From Trypanosoma brucei (Eukaryota): a stretch of DNA of 64,000 nucleotides. Shown here in pieces: positions 1 through 10,660 of the stretch (position 1 is its first letter; every line of letters begins with the position of its first letter). Under the pieces are notes generated by a model. It was not told the DNA's origin. It made no database searches and worked only from the letters and a program-made list of their open reading frames with translations. The position numbers and the translations under genes are program-made. The DNA is taken from positions 3,296,001 to 3,360,000 of the forward strand of contig CH464491.1 in NCBI GenBank assembly GCA_000002445.1. The letters are read 5' to 3'.

Positions 1-648
1 CTGCTAGCGACAACCACGAGCGAGTTAGGCATTCAGCAGCAGCATGTTGTTGAGCTCGAGCGAGAAAACTTGAAATTACGTGAGGAGTTGCGTGAAAAGC
101 AAGTGGAGGGTATGACAAGCCAGAGAAAGATGAACTACATACTGTCAAATTCCACTGTGTCGCCCCAGGGTGGTGGGGTCGCGACATATACCCGCTATTC
201 ACCGCGCCCGTCACCGGCGACATTGGTTTTGCCGGTCACTCCAACACTAATGGTGCAACCGGGTTTGACAGGGGCAAAAAATGTCTTAGATGCGGTAGAG
301 CTATACGTGAGGGAGTGTTTTCGCACGAATGTTCTGCCACACGTAGAACTTATCCACAGTTTGTACGACGGTGGTCGTCTCGCAGCCGTTGATCCCCCTC
401 TGACACATGCCCAGTTGAAAGCGCTTCAAAGGGTTCTTGCCGACGTTAAGTGGGAAGTGGAAGTTAGCGGAATACCCGTGGAAACCTACGTCAGTAGGAA
501 ACCTAGGTTGCAGGGGAGAAGCCAGCGCCTGAAGGATCCAGACGGGTCGTATCCTCTGTGGTTTAATAAGTTGGAGACTCTGACATTTCGTAGCGAAAGT
601 TGGCGTACATGTCTGGGGTTTGATTGTAGAAGATCGTACGTTCCCTGA
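1..648 (+). CDS. 3'-partial CDS (open from window start), coiled-coil hypothetical protein; probably the N-terminal part of the same gene as 697..2631 (see findings)
   Basis: Frame-1 ORF open from nt 1 to TGA at 646-648 (216 codons). Heptad-like charged N-terminal stretch (LKLREELREKQ). Same frame as the downstream ORF. Confidence 0.4.
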   Translation: MLATTTSELGIQQQHVVELERENLKLREELREKQVEGMTSQRKMNYILSNSTVSPQGGGVATYTRYSPRPSPATLVLPVTPTLMVQPGLTGAKNVLDAVELYVRECFRTNVLPHVELIHSLYDGGRLAAVDPPLTHAQLKALQRVLADVKWEVEVSGIPVETYVSRKPRLQGRSQRLKDPDGSYPLWFNKLETLTFRSESWRTCLGFDCRRSYVP

Positions 649-696
649 AATCTGCCCGGGTACTTGGAGTTATTCGGCATTAGCGATGCTTCCACC

Positions 697-2631
697 ATGC
701 AGCAACTTGCTGAAACACTCATCATGGAGCAGCATGTGGAGGCGTTGTCGCTGCCAGAAGTGGAGTTGGATGATGAGGGCCTTATTACGCTCTTTACACT
801 CATAACACGACGTGATCACTTGGGTTCACCAAATACCAATTGGGAAACGTGCGACAACGAAAACCAGGCGTTACAGGAATCAGGCCCCGCAGCAGCTTCT
901 GAAGCCGCTCCTAATGATGCACAGACGGAAAATAAAGAATCGGCGTCGCCGGAAGCAGGCGCTGCATTAACGCCAGTCGGTAAATCATCCCCAACTAAGA
1001 CCTTGTGGTTTGGAGTGCGCTGTCTAGACCTCAGCCGATGCAAGGTAACCGACCCCACGAATGTATTCAGTTTGTTTCGTTGCCCGGTACTTGAAGTTCT
1101 CGTGCTACCTCCTAGTAACCAGTTGGGTGATGTTCACCTGCGTGGTATTCTAGAAGGGTGTCCCCACCTGCACACGATCGATATTTCGGGTAACACAGCG
1201 TTGACTACTGCATGCGTAAAGTACATTGGCCGACACAGCACCATTAAAGTGCTCCGCCTTGAGAACTGCCCCGGAATCGACCAATTGGATTTGCCCAACG
1301 TTGAGGTGCTTTTCTCCTCCCTTTCCTACGTCATAAAACTCCATGCCCCTGAGCTTCGTCGGTTGCCTGTGCCGGTTGTCCATTCTCGCGTTTTGTTTAA
1401 CTTTAAGGCTCCAAGATTGCGGGAGATCACACTGAAGGGAATTGTTGTGGACCGTGGTACACTTGACTCCTTAAAGGAAACCGCGGGGGAGGATAGTGCT
1501 TGTGAGCCGAAGCTTGCCCGAAGTGTTCTCTCCTCGTGTGATAAGTCCGCGTACTCGGACGGACAGAAACAGAGCACTGCGGCAACAATGCAGCTCCTTT
1601 GTGCCGGTTTCATAGATTGCACGTTTACTGCTGAAAGTGAAGTGAGAGAGTTCACCAAGAAACAAAAAGCACTGTTGCGGTTCAGTCTTCACGGTTGCAA
1701 GGGCGTCGTAGATGCAAACCTTACGCGCCTTCCTGCTACGTTAATGGACCTTGATGTAAGTGACGCTGCACGATTGACTAACAGAGGCTTAGAAATAATT
1801 GCCACCACGCTACCACAGCTCATACGACTGAACCTCAAGAACGCTGGCCCACAGATCAGTAACGAGGGAATACGACTTCTGCGCGGACTTGTCAATCTGG
1901 AAGTGCTGAATCTGCTTCGCCTACCGCAAATTCTGCCGGAGGTGGTATCTGCCGTTGCGAACGACCTTCCTTGGTTGCGCAAGTTATACCACGAGACGGC
2001 CGTGGTGGGACCACGTAGTGTGGTGGCAGCAACTTCCGCACCCGTGCATCTCGACGTGTTGAGAGAAGATGATGAAGATACGACACGAAACGCTGTCGGA
2101 GAGTGTGCGAAGGAGTTGCTACAACTGCGCAATGAAACCGCACTCGCGTTTTGGATGGATGCACAACTTCCGAAACCCACGTCACTTATCCCACCGCGTA
2201 CTGCAGCAGCGGACAGCATCGATTTGAATGCGCCAAACCCGCCGCTAACAGCAAACACAACATTTTACGAAGCGGCCTGTCGTAAACTTTCGAGGAGCGG
2301 CAACGGAAGTGCATTTGGCTCTCAAAGGCGGGCAATCACTCCTCGCAACGCAGACGCTGCTGCTAACCAGAACGAGGAAAGCGAGAAGGTCAACGTATTG
2401 GTGGTTAGTAGTGGAGACGACTCGCCTCTAATGGCATCAATGTCAGGCGGTGTAGAGGGTGTGAATGCAGACTGCGGTGATGTAGATGATAAATCCTTCT
2501 CTACCGCACCAGATCAACTCAGGGCAATGGAGAATGCACTGGACGAAAAGAACAGACTAGTAATAGAAAAAAAGCCCTTGGGTCCATGGGATGAGGAAGA
2601 CCTTGTGGAGAAACACCGGAGGATCGCCTGA
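697..2631 (+). CDS. Leucine-rich repeat (RNI-like/F-box-LRR-like) protein
   Basis: Track ORF 664..2631 starts at TTG; first ATG is at 697. Repeated LxxLxLxxC/N motifs (LDLSRCKVTD, LRLENCPGIDQLDL, LIRLNLKNAGPQISNEGIRLLRGLVNLEVLNL). Confidence 0.6.
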   Translation: MQQLAETLIMEQHVEALSLPEVELDDEGLITLFTLITRRDHLGSPNTNWETCDNENQALQESGPAAASEAAPNDAQTENKESASPEAGAALTPVGKSSPTKTLWFGVRCLDLSRCKVTDPTNVFSLFRCPVLEVLVLPPSNQLGDVHLRGILEGCPHLHTIDISGNTALTTACVKYIGRHSTIKVLRLENCPGIDQLDLPNVEVLFSSLSYVIKLHAPELRRLPVPVVHSRVLFNFKAPRLREITLKGIVVDRGTLDSLKETAGEDSACEPKLARSVLSSCDKSAYSDGQKQSTAATMQLLCAGFIDCTFTAESEVREFTKKQKALLRFSLHGCKGVVDANLTRLPATLMDLDVSDAARLTNRGLEIIATTLPQLIRLNLKNAGPQISNEGIRLLRGLVNLEVLNLLRLPQILPEVVSAVANDLPWLRKLYHETAVVGPRSVVAATSAPVHLDVLREDDEDTTRNAVGECAKELLQLRNETALAFWMDAQLPKPTSLIPPRTAAADSIDLNAPNPPLTANTTFYEAACRKLSRSGNGSAFGSQRRAITPRNADAAANQNEESEKVNVLVVSSGDDSPLMASMSGGVEGVNADCGDVDDKSFSTAPDQLRAMENALDEKNRLVIEKKPLGPWDEEDLVEKHRRIA

Positions 2632-4151
2632 GAAGGTTTGTGGTAGAGCAGGCGTGAGCGCGGCATCGGCACTTTGGTTAGTGCTGTGGTAAGCAAGGGA
2701 AAAGGAGACATGAAAAAGTAGGTGAACAAAGGAATGAATTGTTGGAGGAAATTTTCCTGGTAACCAAGGAGGGGGGAAAAGAAGAGGAGGTGTCGAAGGT
2801 AAAAACACGTTGCATATAACCCCAAGGTAACGAACTTACCCGAGGGCAGTTTACACGTGAGCCAAGGGAGCCCGTGGGTTCTGCGGAAAGGGATATTTGG
2901 GCTCCAAGTAATGCCGCACTTGCATGAAATGTAAGTATAATGTAACAGTGTGGATATCGTCAACAGCTAGCGACGACGTCTCAGAGTTTGCCTCATACGC
3001 TCCAAGTCACGGGGGTGGGCTCTCAAGTGCAGCGGCGAATGCCAAAACATGCCGCTGCGGTTAGCCAGGGATGGTGTTTCCCGTTCATGTGTTATCCCTT
3101 CATATCTTCATATTTCTCTACGGTTGACTCCCGAGTGCATATGTACGCTTCTGGGGGGAAAGTGAACAGGCAGGGAGGAAACCCGTGACATATATATATA
3201 TGTACCTGTATGTATGTGTTTATGTGTATTTTTTTTTTGCGAGGATTTGACGGTAAGTTTGTAAATATGTAGATAATTACGTTATGATGAAAGTAAATAG
3301 ACAACGAGCAAATATCTAATACGGGGGAAAGGGAGAAAATGGGAAGAAGGAATAGTGGAAGAGAGAGAGAGAGCAGCTCGGGCGACACTTTCTCGGTGTG
3401 AGCTATCATGTTTAGTGGAAGGGAAACAAATGAACGAATTGTTCCAGCGACCTACGTAAGTTTTCATCGGGTGAGCCGATGTGCCGTAAGTCACATTTCG
3501 TATGATGAATCTTTTCTCCGATAGGAAAGGGAAAGACGGGAAAGTGTCGCACACTTTTTTGCGTTGGTGCTGGTCTGGCTGGTTTCTTTTTTTCGTTTAT
3601 GTGTTTCTCTTCTGCGGAGTGCACTCCGTTTCCCATGTGCTATGTTGAGTGTATATTAAGCAGAGGTACTGGCGGCGGTGAGGAGAAAGCCCGCGATAAA
3701 GCCGTTTCGCAACTTCCGTTCTGCATGCAGCGGATGGAATTTTATTTCTTCAGGCATATATTCGCAGTTTAAGGGACAAAAGAATGAAAAGGAAATACAT
3801 CATAAGTACGTAAGCCAGTGGTGGATTCCCCGATGTCAATATTTGATTCTCCCTCCCTGAGACACGCGTTAATTCCACCATTTCTCACCCTACCTTTTTC
3901 CCACCCATACCTCATATTTAATGTAGAGCGTGTCACTACTCAGTAGTAGAAGCCATTGTGAATTGCGCTGAGGGCATTTTTGGGCCTGCGTCAGGTCAAT
4001 ACCAACCGAGAAAATCCACTGTGGGAATTGCCTACAGGTGTCATATAAATACAAGCATCGGTGTTTATAATCACTGAGGCATAAAGAGTAGTATAGCAAA
4101 ATTTTCGCCGAGGGGCCTTTTGCTGTTCAGTGCAGGGAATAATCATATACG

Positions 4152-6506
4152 ATGGACGTGGAGGAATCAGAGCAGGGTGTCAATCCTTTGTGTGATTGGG
4201 TGGCGGAACCTCCTGCAAGGGAGCAGGAAAAGGAGCAAGCTGAAGGTGCTGAAGAGATTGGACCTGAAGAACTTGACGAGTGCCATGGTGGAAATATTGA
4301 CGGAACTGTCGAAGAGGTTGTCCCCGAAAAAGAGGGCGTCGGCCCCGGTAAACATGAAAGCAGTTATATTGAAGAGCAGCCCTCTCACGGAGCAGCTGAG
4401 CATCACGAAGCGGCCGAGCACCGCGTCACAGCCGCGGCCTGCGAGGATGAAGGAATGCCGTCGTTGGCCGTTCCCGAGCCACCCAAAACCCCCACCATGA
4501 CAACCTCAGCTCGCAACCGCCGCTCGAGGACTAACGTTGGTATGCCACCGATTGCCGCAGCCAAACCAAGGGCACAGGAAGGCAAGAACGACGGTGGCAA
4601 AGCTGACAAATGTAGTGGAGGGAGGAGCGCTAGAGGCAGGTTAATTCCCAAGCAGCCGGCTCGAAACACGAGTGCAAGGCAAGGGAAGCCCCCTCTTCTG
4701 TCGCCGAGGTGGGTGAAAGAGAGGGAAACACAATATAGGATTGTGTATGGGAAGCCACAGCACCGTTACCGCGTCAAGAGAAATGTTTGTCAACATCACC
4801 CGGCGGCATGCGGTGGCACACAAAGTGGTTTGGCAGAAGATGACGCGGCACTATCTTTCTCGGGTCACATCCACAATGTGGAAAAGCAACTGCACAAGTA
4901 CCTTTGCTCATTTAATACCCAGTGCGAGGAATGTACCGAGGCAGGGCCGCTGTCAAGCTACAAAACTGTATATGGGACCAAGAAAGCTTCGACCCTCAAG
5001 GCGAAATGTGGAGAAAGTCAACCCCCATTCATCCTTGGGGATTCACCTAGGGTTTCCAACGACCCTTTGTGGAGCGTCAACCGCCAGTTGTCCGAGTACA
5101 CTAACCGTCAGCGCCTCAGCGACAGAGGTAATCCAATGGCTAACACTGAACATGACCGTTCAAGTTCAAGGGGAGTGCCTTCTGATGGCGGGTGCACGTG
5201 GAGGACGAAATCCCCTTCCACGATGTCACAGCCCCAGCAACTAGAGTACGAAACCCGGGACGAGCTTCAACATTGTGCCCGACTCTTCCTCGATCGTTTT
5301 GGCGGCTCCAGCGAACGGCGCGACCTTGGCTATAGCTATCGTTGTATCCTTTTGGGGAAGCAGAAACAACAGTGGCTCTCAGGGTCAACGAAGGGGCTCC
5401 CTGGGGTACGGTGGGCGACGAAGAAAGACTCATCTCCCCCAAGACCACCGTTTAGGCACCGCGCGCACGACAGGCGTGTATTCCAAAATGATAAGGTTCG
5501 GACAAATGCCAGCACCTCGGCAAGATCAAAAGGGGGCCGCACTGGCGAAACCAGTGCGCAAAAGCAGGCGACCAGCCCTCACCATCCAGCGGCAGACACG
5601 ACCACGTACGTCAGAGAAGACTGGGTTGCGGAGCGGGGTGCCGCAATTACACTTGAAGCTTCAAAAAGCGACGTGGAAATTCTGAGAGGTGGACCAGAGG
5701 TGAGAGAAGCAGGAACGGAGCTGTTTCCATGTGAGGGGGCTGTGGAAGAACCAGCTGGTTGCTACAAAGTTGAGGGTGAGGAGTTGATGGGCCGCCCTGA
5801 TGCTGTGGGTGTGGAGTTGGTGAGCGGCTCCGAAACCGATCGTGGAGGGATGGAAAGCCGAACTGAGACTGTGGGGGCGGCTTTGGTGAGCCGCACCGAA
5901 ACTGATTGCGAGGAACTTGGAAGCCATGGTGTAATTGAACTTGTGCAACCTTCGGGTGAGGCCGACATTGATGGAGGGGAACAGGAGGGTCACAGCAAGG
6001 TTGCGAGTGAGGGGTTGGCTAGCCAAGCTGGAGCTGACGGCGAGGAACTTGGAAGCCATGATGTAATTGAACTTGTGCAACCTTCGGGTGAGGCCGACAT
6101 TGATGGAGGGGAACCGGAGGGTCACAGCAAGGTTGCGAGTGAGGGGTTGGCTAGCCAAGCTGGAGCTGACGGCGAGGAACTTGGAAGCCATGATGTAATT
6201 GAACTTGTGCAACCTTCGGGTGAGGCCGACATTGATGGAGGGGAACAGGAGGGTCACAGCAAGGTTGCGAGTGAGGGGTTGGCTAGCCAAGCTGGAGCTG
6301 ACGGCGAGGAACTTGGAAGCCATGATGTAATTGAACTTGTGCAACCTTCGGGTGAGGCCGACATTGATGGAGGGGAACCGGAGGGTCACAGCAAGGTTGC
6401 GAGTGAGGGGTTGGCTAGCCAAGCTGGAGCTGACGGCGAGGAACTTGGAAGCCATGATGTAATTGAACTTGTGCAACCTTCGGGTGAGGCCGACAACGGT
6501 TGCTAG
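4152..6506 (+). CDS. Acidic repetitive protein with C-terminal tandem 44-aa repeats
   Basis: ATG at 4152, 784 codons. The C-terminal third is 4.4 near-perfect copies of a 132-nt (44-aa) unit, ELGSHDVIELVQPSGEADIDGGE(Q/P)EGHSKVASEGLASQAGADGE, preceded by degenerate copies. Confidence 0.6.
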   Translation: MDVEESEQGVNPLCDWVAEPPAREQEKEQAEGAEEIGPEELDECHGGNIDGTVEEVVPEKEGVGPGKHESSYIEEQPSHGAAEHHEAAEHRVTAAACEDEGMPSLAVPEPPKTPTMTTSARNRRSRTNVGMPPIAAAKPRAQEGKNDGGKADKCSGGRSARGRLIPKQPARNTSARQGKPPLLSPRWVKERETQYRIVYGKPQHRYRVKRNVCQHHPAACGGTQSGLAEDDAALSFSGHIHNVEKQLHKYLCSFNTQCEECTEAGPLSSYKTVYGTKKASTLKAKCGESQPPFILGDSPRVSNDPLWSVNRQLSEYTNRQRLSDRGNPMANTEHDRSSSRGVPSDGGCTWRTKSPSTMSQPQQLEYETRDELQHCARLFLDRFGGSSERRDLGYSYRCILLGKQKQQWLSGSTKGLPGVRWATKKDSSPPRPPFRHRAHDRRVFQNDKVRTNASTSARSKGGRTGETSAQKQATSPHHPAADTTTYVREDWVAERGAAITLEASKSDVEILRGGPEVREAGTELFPCEGAVEEPAGCYKVEGEELMGRPDAVGVELVSGSETDRGGMESRTETVGAALVSRTETDCEELGSHGVIELVQPSGEADIDGGEQEGHSKVASEGLASQAGADGEELGSHDVIELVQPSGEADIDGGEPEGHSKVASEGLASQAGADGEELGSHDVIELVQPSGEADIDGGEQEGHSKVASEGLASQAGADGEELGSHDVIELVQPSGEADIDGGEPEGHSKVASEGLASQAGADGEELGSHDVIELVQPSGEADNGC
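5778..6494 (+). repeat. Coding tandem repeat: 132-bp unit x ~4.4 perfect copies (5910-6494) plus degenerate upstream copies; alternating CAG/CCG (Q/P) variants give a 264-bp higher-order period
   Basis: Unit start GAGGAACTTGGAAGCCATG recurs at 5910, 6042, 6174, 6306 and 6438. Confidence 0.9.
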
Positions 6507-7048
6507 GGTGTGGTTAGTCCCACTGAGACCGGGCACGGTGGGAAAGAAGGTCTGTTTGAACGACGGTAAGGCGGGTGTCACCCACGAGGCACTAGGCGGT
6601 GCAAAAAAGCAGTCACTCACGTGTGGTCTGTTATCTCGGTTGAGCATCCGGTGAGGGGGGAAAGACTGCAGGAGAACCAAAGGGAGAAAGGGGTGTCGAA
6701 AAATTGTACCACCTACAGCTTCCAGGTAGACGGGCTGCGGGTGCGGTTTTCAAATCCTTTTGCTTCTGAACTTCACCCACACGAGAAACTGCGTTAAGGG
6801 TAAATGTGCAAAAGTTTCTGGAAATCGTGCTCGTCTTACCTCTCCCTCCCCTACGAGCACGTGCGTGGTACCACTCCAACGCGTAGAGTGTTTTGCCAAT
6901 GATTCGGTGTTATCTCTTTACACCAATCTTCTTTGACAAAGAGATGGGTATGTACATAAAAAATCATATTATCCCCCTGTATGGCGTAAAGCGTTAGAAG
7001 TGTAAGAGGGAACGGAAGGGAACAAAACGACTAGGAGAAAAGTGAAAG

Positions 7049-7071
7049 TATATATATATATATATATATAT
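7049..7071. repeat. (TA)11 microsatellite in an intergenic region
   Basis: tatatatatatatatatatatat, read directly. Confidence 0.9.
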
Positions 7072-7877
7072 GCATCCGTCGTTTTTATGTGTATTTGAGT
7101 GTCGTGTCGTTAGGCAGCCGGATGCTGTCTTATTTATTGTCTTCGTGTGTGCGCTTTGGTGCACCCTCCTTATCCTGTACTACATTTCTTTTTTCCTCCT
7201 GCAGCTTCGCCGCGGGGAGGTGCTGTGTACACACAAAGAGTAAATAAACAAATATAAAACAATATTTTCATTTTTTCCCCCATGTGGTAGCCTACGCAGT
7301 GGCAGCCTGCGAAACCCTGTAATTTTCATGTACAGTAGAGAGAGACAGCGAGAACTGTTTTGCGGGGTACTTGGTTTGTGTAAAGGGTTCACAAGCATGG
7401 GCGTCGCAAAGGGTGAGAAGGAGGGCGATGCGCATAAGCAGTCTCGGCTTTCATCTCCTTCCGCGTCATCTCTTTCTGCGTGTGACGGATGAATAAAACG
7501 TGTGTGTGTGTGTATGGGGAAGCGGAGTGCCGAGCATATTTCATGTCACATACGTCTCTTCTATCTCTTTTCTTTCCAACCTCAAGGTTGCCTCATGGAC
7601 TAATATCCGTGTTTTCCTGACAAATTCATCCGATACCGGTTTTATAATTCCCTTCGATTACCTGTAACAGCTTTTGGAAGTTGTTGTTTGCTTTGTTTTC
7701 GCTCCATTTCTGCTCCCCAACATTCCCCAGGCTTGTATTTGGCTTCCCTTTATATTTTGTACCATACTGTTTTCTCTATGCCTGCTTTATTTATTCCCCT
7801 CTTCAGTTCCCTTCTCCCTCTCCTATCCTACGCTCCTTCCGTGGTAGTAGGGGCCAGGGAAGAGGGCGAGAAAAGGA

Positions 7878-8720
7878 ATGCAGCTAAAGGAGCGCCTTCA
7901 GCAGTGGCGAGAACGGGGACTGCAGGGAGCGGATGTGGACCCACCAGTGCAGAGGCCACGCAGTTTCCGTCCTAGCTGTATAGTTCCGCGTTTGTACTTG
8001 GGCGCGGCAAAAGACGTGCAGGATGTGCGGACACTACGCAGCCGGCTTCTGCCTGACAAGTTGCTGATGGTTGTCTCCACTTGCGACCCGTCGGACCCAC
8101 CGAGGATGGAGCTTCGCCAGATTGCGCCCACGAAGGGGACCGCATACACCGTGAAGCGGTTGGCAGTGTGCTCGTGGGAGGAACTTGAGAAACGCGTTGT
8201 AACCTCCTCTTTTTGTTGCAGATTACCCCGAAATGAGGTCATGGTTGCGACGGCCGAATGGTTGAAAGAGGTCCTCAAAACAAAGTCTTTACCCCCTGTT
8301 TCTTTAGAAGAGTGCCGCGACGTGCAGAAAGGAGAAACCGACGGGAAAGTGTCTGAGGTGTTTGAGGAGGGGCTGTACCTTAAGCTCTGCTTGCCCTGGA
8401 AGGATGAAAGTAACTTCACAGTACGGCCGTACTTTGCGGTGGCGACGGCGCTTATACACGCCACCATGGATGGCATACAAGGTGCTGTCGTGTGCTACTG
8501 TATGGCGGGTAAGTCACGCTCCGCCACACTCACCTGTGCATTGTTGCTGTACTGCTGCTATGACAATGTAGGACGGCCGAAGGACGAGGAAGAATGCTCA
8601 GCTTATAAGGCAGTGCAGGCAGTCGTTGAGTTTGTGCGGGAGGTACGGCTTTGTGTTAGTCCCAACGAAGGGTTTATAGAGCAGCTGAGGGACTACGCAA
8701 GTGATTTGTTGGCGGTCTGA
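7878..8720 (+). CDS. Dual-specificity protein phosphatase
   Basis: Catalytic P-loop VCYCMAGKSRSATLTCALLLY (CX5R signature). N-terminal PRLYLGAAKDVQD matches the DUSP LYLGS motif. Confidence 0.75.
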   Translation: MQLKERLQQWRERGLQGADVDPPVQRPRSFRPSCIVPRLYLGAAKDVQDVRTLRSRLLPDKLLMVVSTCDPSDPPRMELRQIAPTKGTAYTVKRLAVCSWEELEKRVVTSSFCCRLPRNEVMVATAEWLKEVLKTKSLPPVSLEECRDVQKGETDGKVSEVFEEGLYLKLCLPWKDESNFTVRPYFAVATALIHATMDGIQGAVVCYCMAGKSRSATLTCALLLYCCYDNVGRPKDEEECSAYKAVQAVVEFVREVRLCVSPNEGFIEQLRDYASDLLAV

Positions 8721-9078
8721 TTGTCGGTTGTCGATGTTGTGTCGTATTGGTACGCTCTACGTTATTTACAGTGGTTTTGCGCTGGTGTTTTGGCATAGGT
8801 GTTTCTGTTGCTTTCCATCGCGGACATCTGTGCATAGCCAAAAGGAACGTGTTGACGCTCGTTTGTTGATGCCATTTTTATTGTTGTGGGAGCTATGTTC
8901 CCTTCCACGACCGTGTGCGCCTGCGGGACTCGCTTTTCCCTTCACCCTGTTAACAAATTTCCTTTTCCAGCGCGAGGGCTCACGTGTCTCACGTTGGTTA
9001 CGCACAACACTGTAAAGGGAAGGGGTGTTTACCTCCTCCGTGCAGGAACCTGTGCAAAATTCTCAAGCAAACAAAGCG

Positions 9079-10260
9079 ATGGGTGCCAACAACATAAGGG
9101 AAGGGAGTGGTACCCCACGGGCCAAATCAAACGCGACGGAAAGTAAGGGCGGTGAAACAGTTTCAGAAGACCTGATTTCCGTGCTCCTCTGCGGGACGTG
9201 CAGGGCGCCTATCACGGACCATAACAACATTCTTGGGTGCCGTGAGGAATCCGTGTGGGCTCAGCAGGCCTTTGCGTACGAGGTAGATCTCTTTGCTGAT
9301 TGTCCGCCGCTGTGGTGCTACTCCGCTACCAACCCACAAGGCCGACGCTTTGACATCATACGCTGCACTGCGACTGCGGTAAATCGCTACCGCACGGTGA
9401 CACTGAGCGGACCGTGGTCGGGTGAACATTCCTTTTTCGTGGGTCACAAGTGGTGCTACGCTTCCTGCAATACATGTAGCAGCTTTTTGGGTTGGGCCTT
9501 CTGTAGGGCAAGTGAAGCCCTTAGCTTTAGTGGAGGTAGCACCGAGGACAATGATATCCAAATCGATGGGGGCGGTTGCGGCAGCAAAACCACTGATGAT
9601 GATGATGATAACGTGGATGAAGAAAGTATAGTCACCGTCGGGGGTAATAACAGCAACAATGTGAGCCTTCAAAGGGACGGGGCAAGTGATGATGACGGCA
9701 CTGTGGGTTTTGATCCCTCTGTTCTTTCCTTCCTCGGACTCATCGTGACTAACTGTGTGGGACGCAGCGGTTATTCGCTCAGACAGTACAATGAGCTGAT
9801 GAACGCGGACCCCCTTTTGCGACGGCGATTTGTAGGAAATTCACCGCTCGAAGACCTTCACAGTGGAGAGGACGGCAACTACTTCGTGTCGGCAACACAT
9901 TTTCTGGGACCATCCAGAGATGACCACAGCAGATTATTTGTTGGCATAGGCAGACATCGACAACTGCAGTCTTTCTTGGATGTTGTCCGAACATCTTTGC
10001 TGCCTGTTAACGCAGTCATTGGGACTGAAAGCCAGGATGGAGATGGGGAAACTTCCGAAGATGAAGCAAACAACTCGACGGCTCCCCGCACAAGCTCGCA
10101 CCGCAGTGACTCGAGCGGAGATGGTTCTGAAGATGGCGAAAATATGGGTACATCTCCGTCCTTCACTAACATTCCACCCCATTGTTTCGGCTGTGGGGAT
10201 ATGGCCGACTCCATCGATGAAGATGTTTCTTCAACTGAAGGCAGCGATAAGTCGGATTAG
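9079..10260 (+). CDS. Yippee/CULT-like zinc-binding domain protein with a Ser/Asp/Glu-rich C-terminal tail
   Basis: Track ORF starts at GTG 9025; first ATG is at 9079. Paired CxxC motifs (CGTCRAPITD ... CNTCSSFLGWAF) resemble the Yippee/Mis18/cereblon-CULT zinc site (compare CKNCNSKLGWIY in YPEL). Confidence 0.5.
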   Translation: MGANNIREGSGTPRAKSNATESKGGETVSEDLISVLLCGTCRAPITDHNNILGCREESVWAQQAFAYEVDLFADCPPLWCYSATNPQGRRFDIIRCTATAVNRYRTVTLSGPWSGEHSFFVGHKWCYASCNTCSSFLGWAFCRASEALSFSGGSTEDNDIQIDGGGCGSKTTDDDDDNVDEESIVTVGGNNSNNVSLQRDGASDDDGTVGFDPSVLSFLGLIVTNCVGRSGYSLRQYNELMNADPLLRRRFVGNSPLEDLHSGEDGNYFVSATHFLGPSRDDHSRLFVGIGRHRQLQSFLDVVRTSLLPVNAVIGTESQDGDGETSEDEANNSTAPRTSSHRSDSSGDGSEDGENMGTSPSFTNIPPHCFGCGDMADSIDEDVSSTEGSDKSD

Positions 10261-10640
10261 TGGATAAGCAGGGCAAACCAATGCGTCACTGGTGCTTTAC
10301 CCCACCCCTGTTACGAAGAAACGAATGGGCGCGGCTCCATTCATATGGTCGTTCGTCCCTGTCGACTGTGTTACCTTCCTCTTTCGATTGTTTTAATGGC
10401 ATATCCTTTCGTTTTCTTTTGTTTTTTCTCTCCTTGTGCTACCATTCACATGCACGCATGAACAAACATTACCGTTCAGATGAAACCCCGACGGCACCAC
10501 ACGCTGCCGGCGCTTGGATAAGGCGTGACTACACGAGCCACAAAGGAAGCATGTGGATAATGCACAGCCCACAAAATGTCTGTCACTGATGCGGGCGCAT
10601 CGTTGTGACTTCATTTTGCGCACATGAGAAACTGGCAGCT

Positions 10641-10660
10641 CCCCCCCCCCCCTCCTCCCC
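10641..10660. repeat. Poly(C)/C-rich homopolymer tract
   Basis: cccccccccccctcctcccc. Confidence 0.9.

Noticed and set aside
2514-2963. 149-codon minus ORF in the spacer after the LRR gene
   Set aside because: Low-complexity translation of a purine/pyrimidine-skewed 3'UTR on the wrong strand. Not coding-like.
5661-6680. 339-codon ORF on the minus strand overlapping the 44-aa repeat region
   Set aside because: It is the antisense reading of the tandem repeat, so periodicity keeps the frame open. It is also opposite to the PTU direction. The sense ORF is longer and ATG-initiated.
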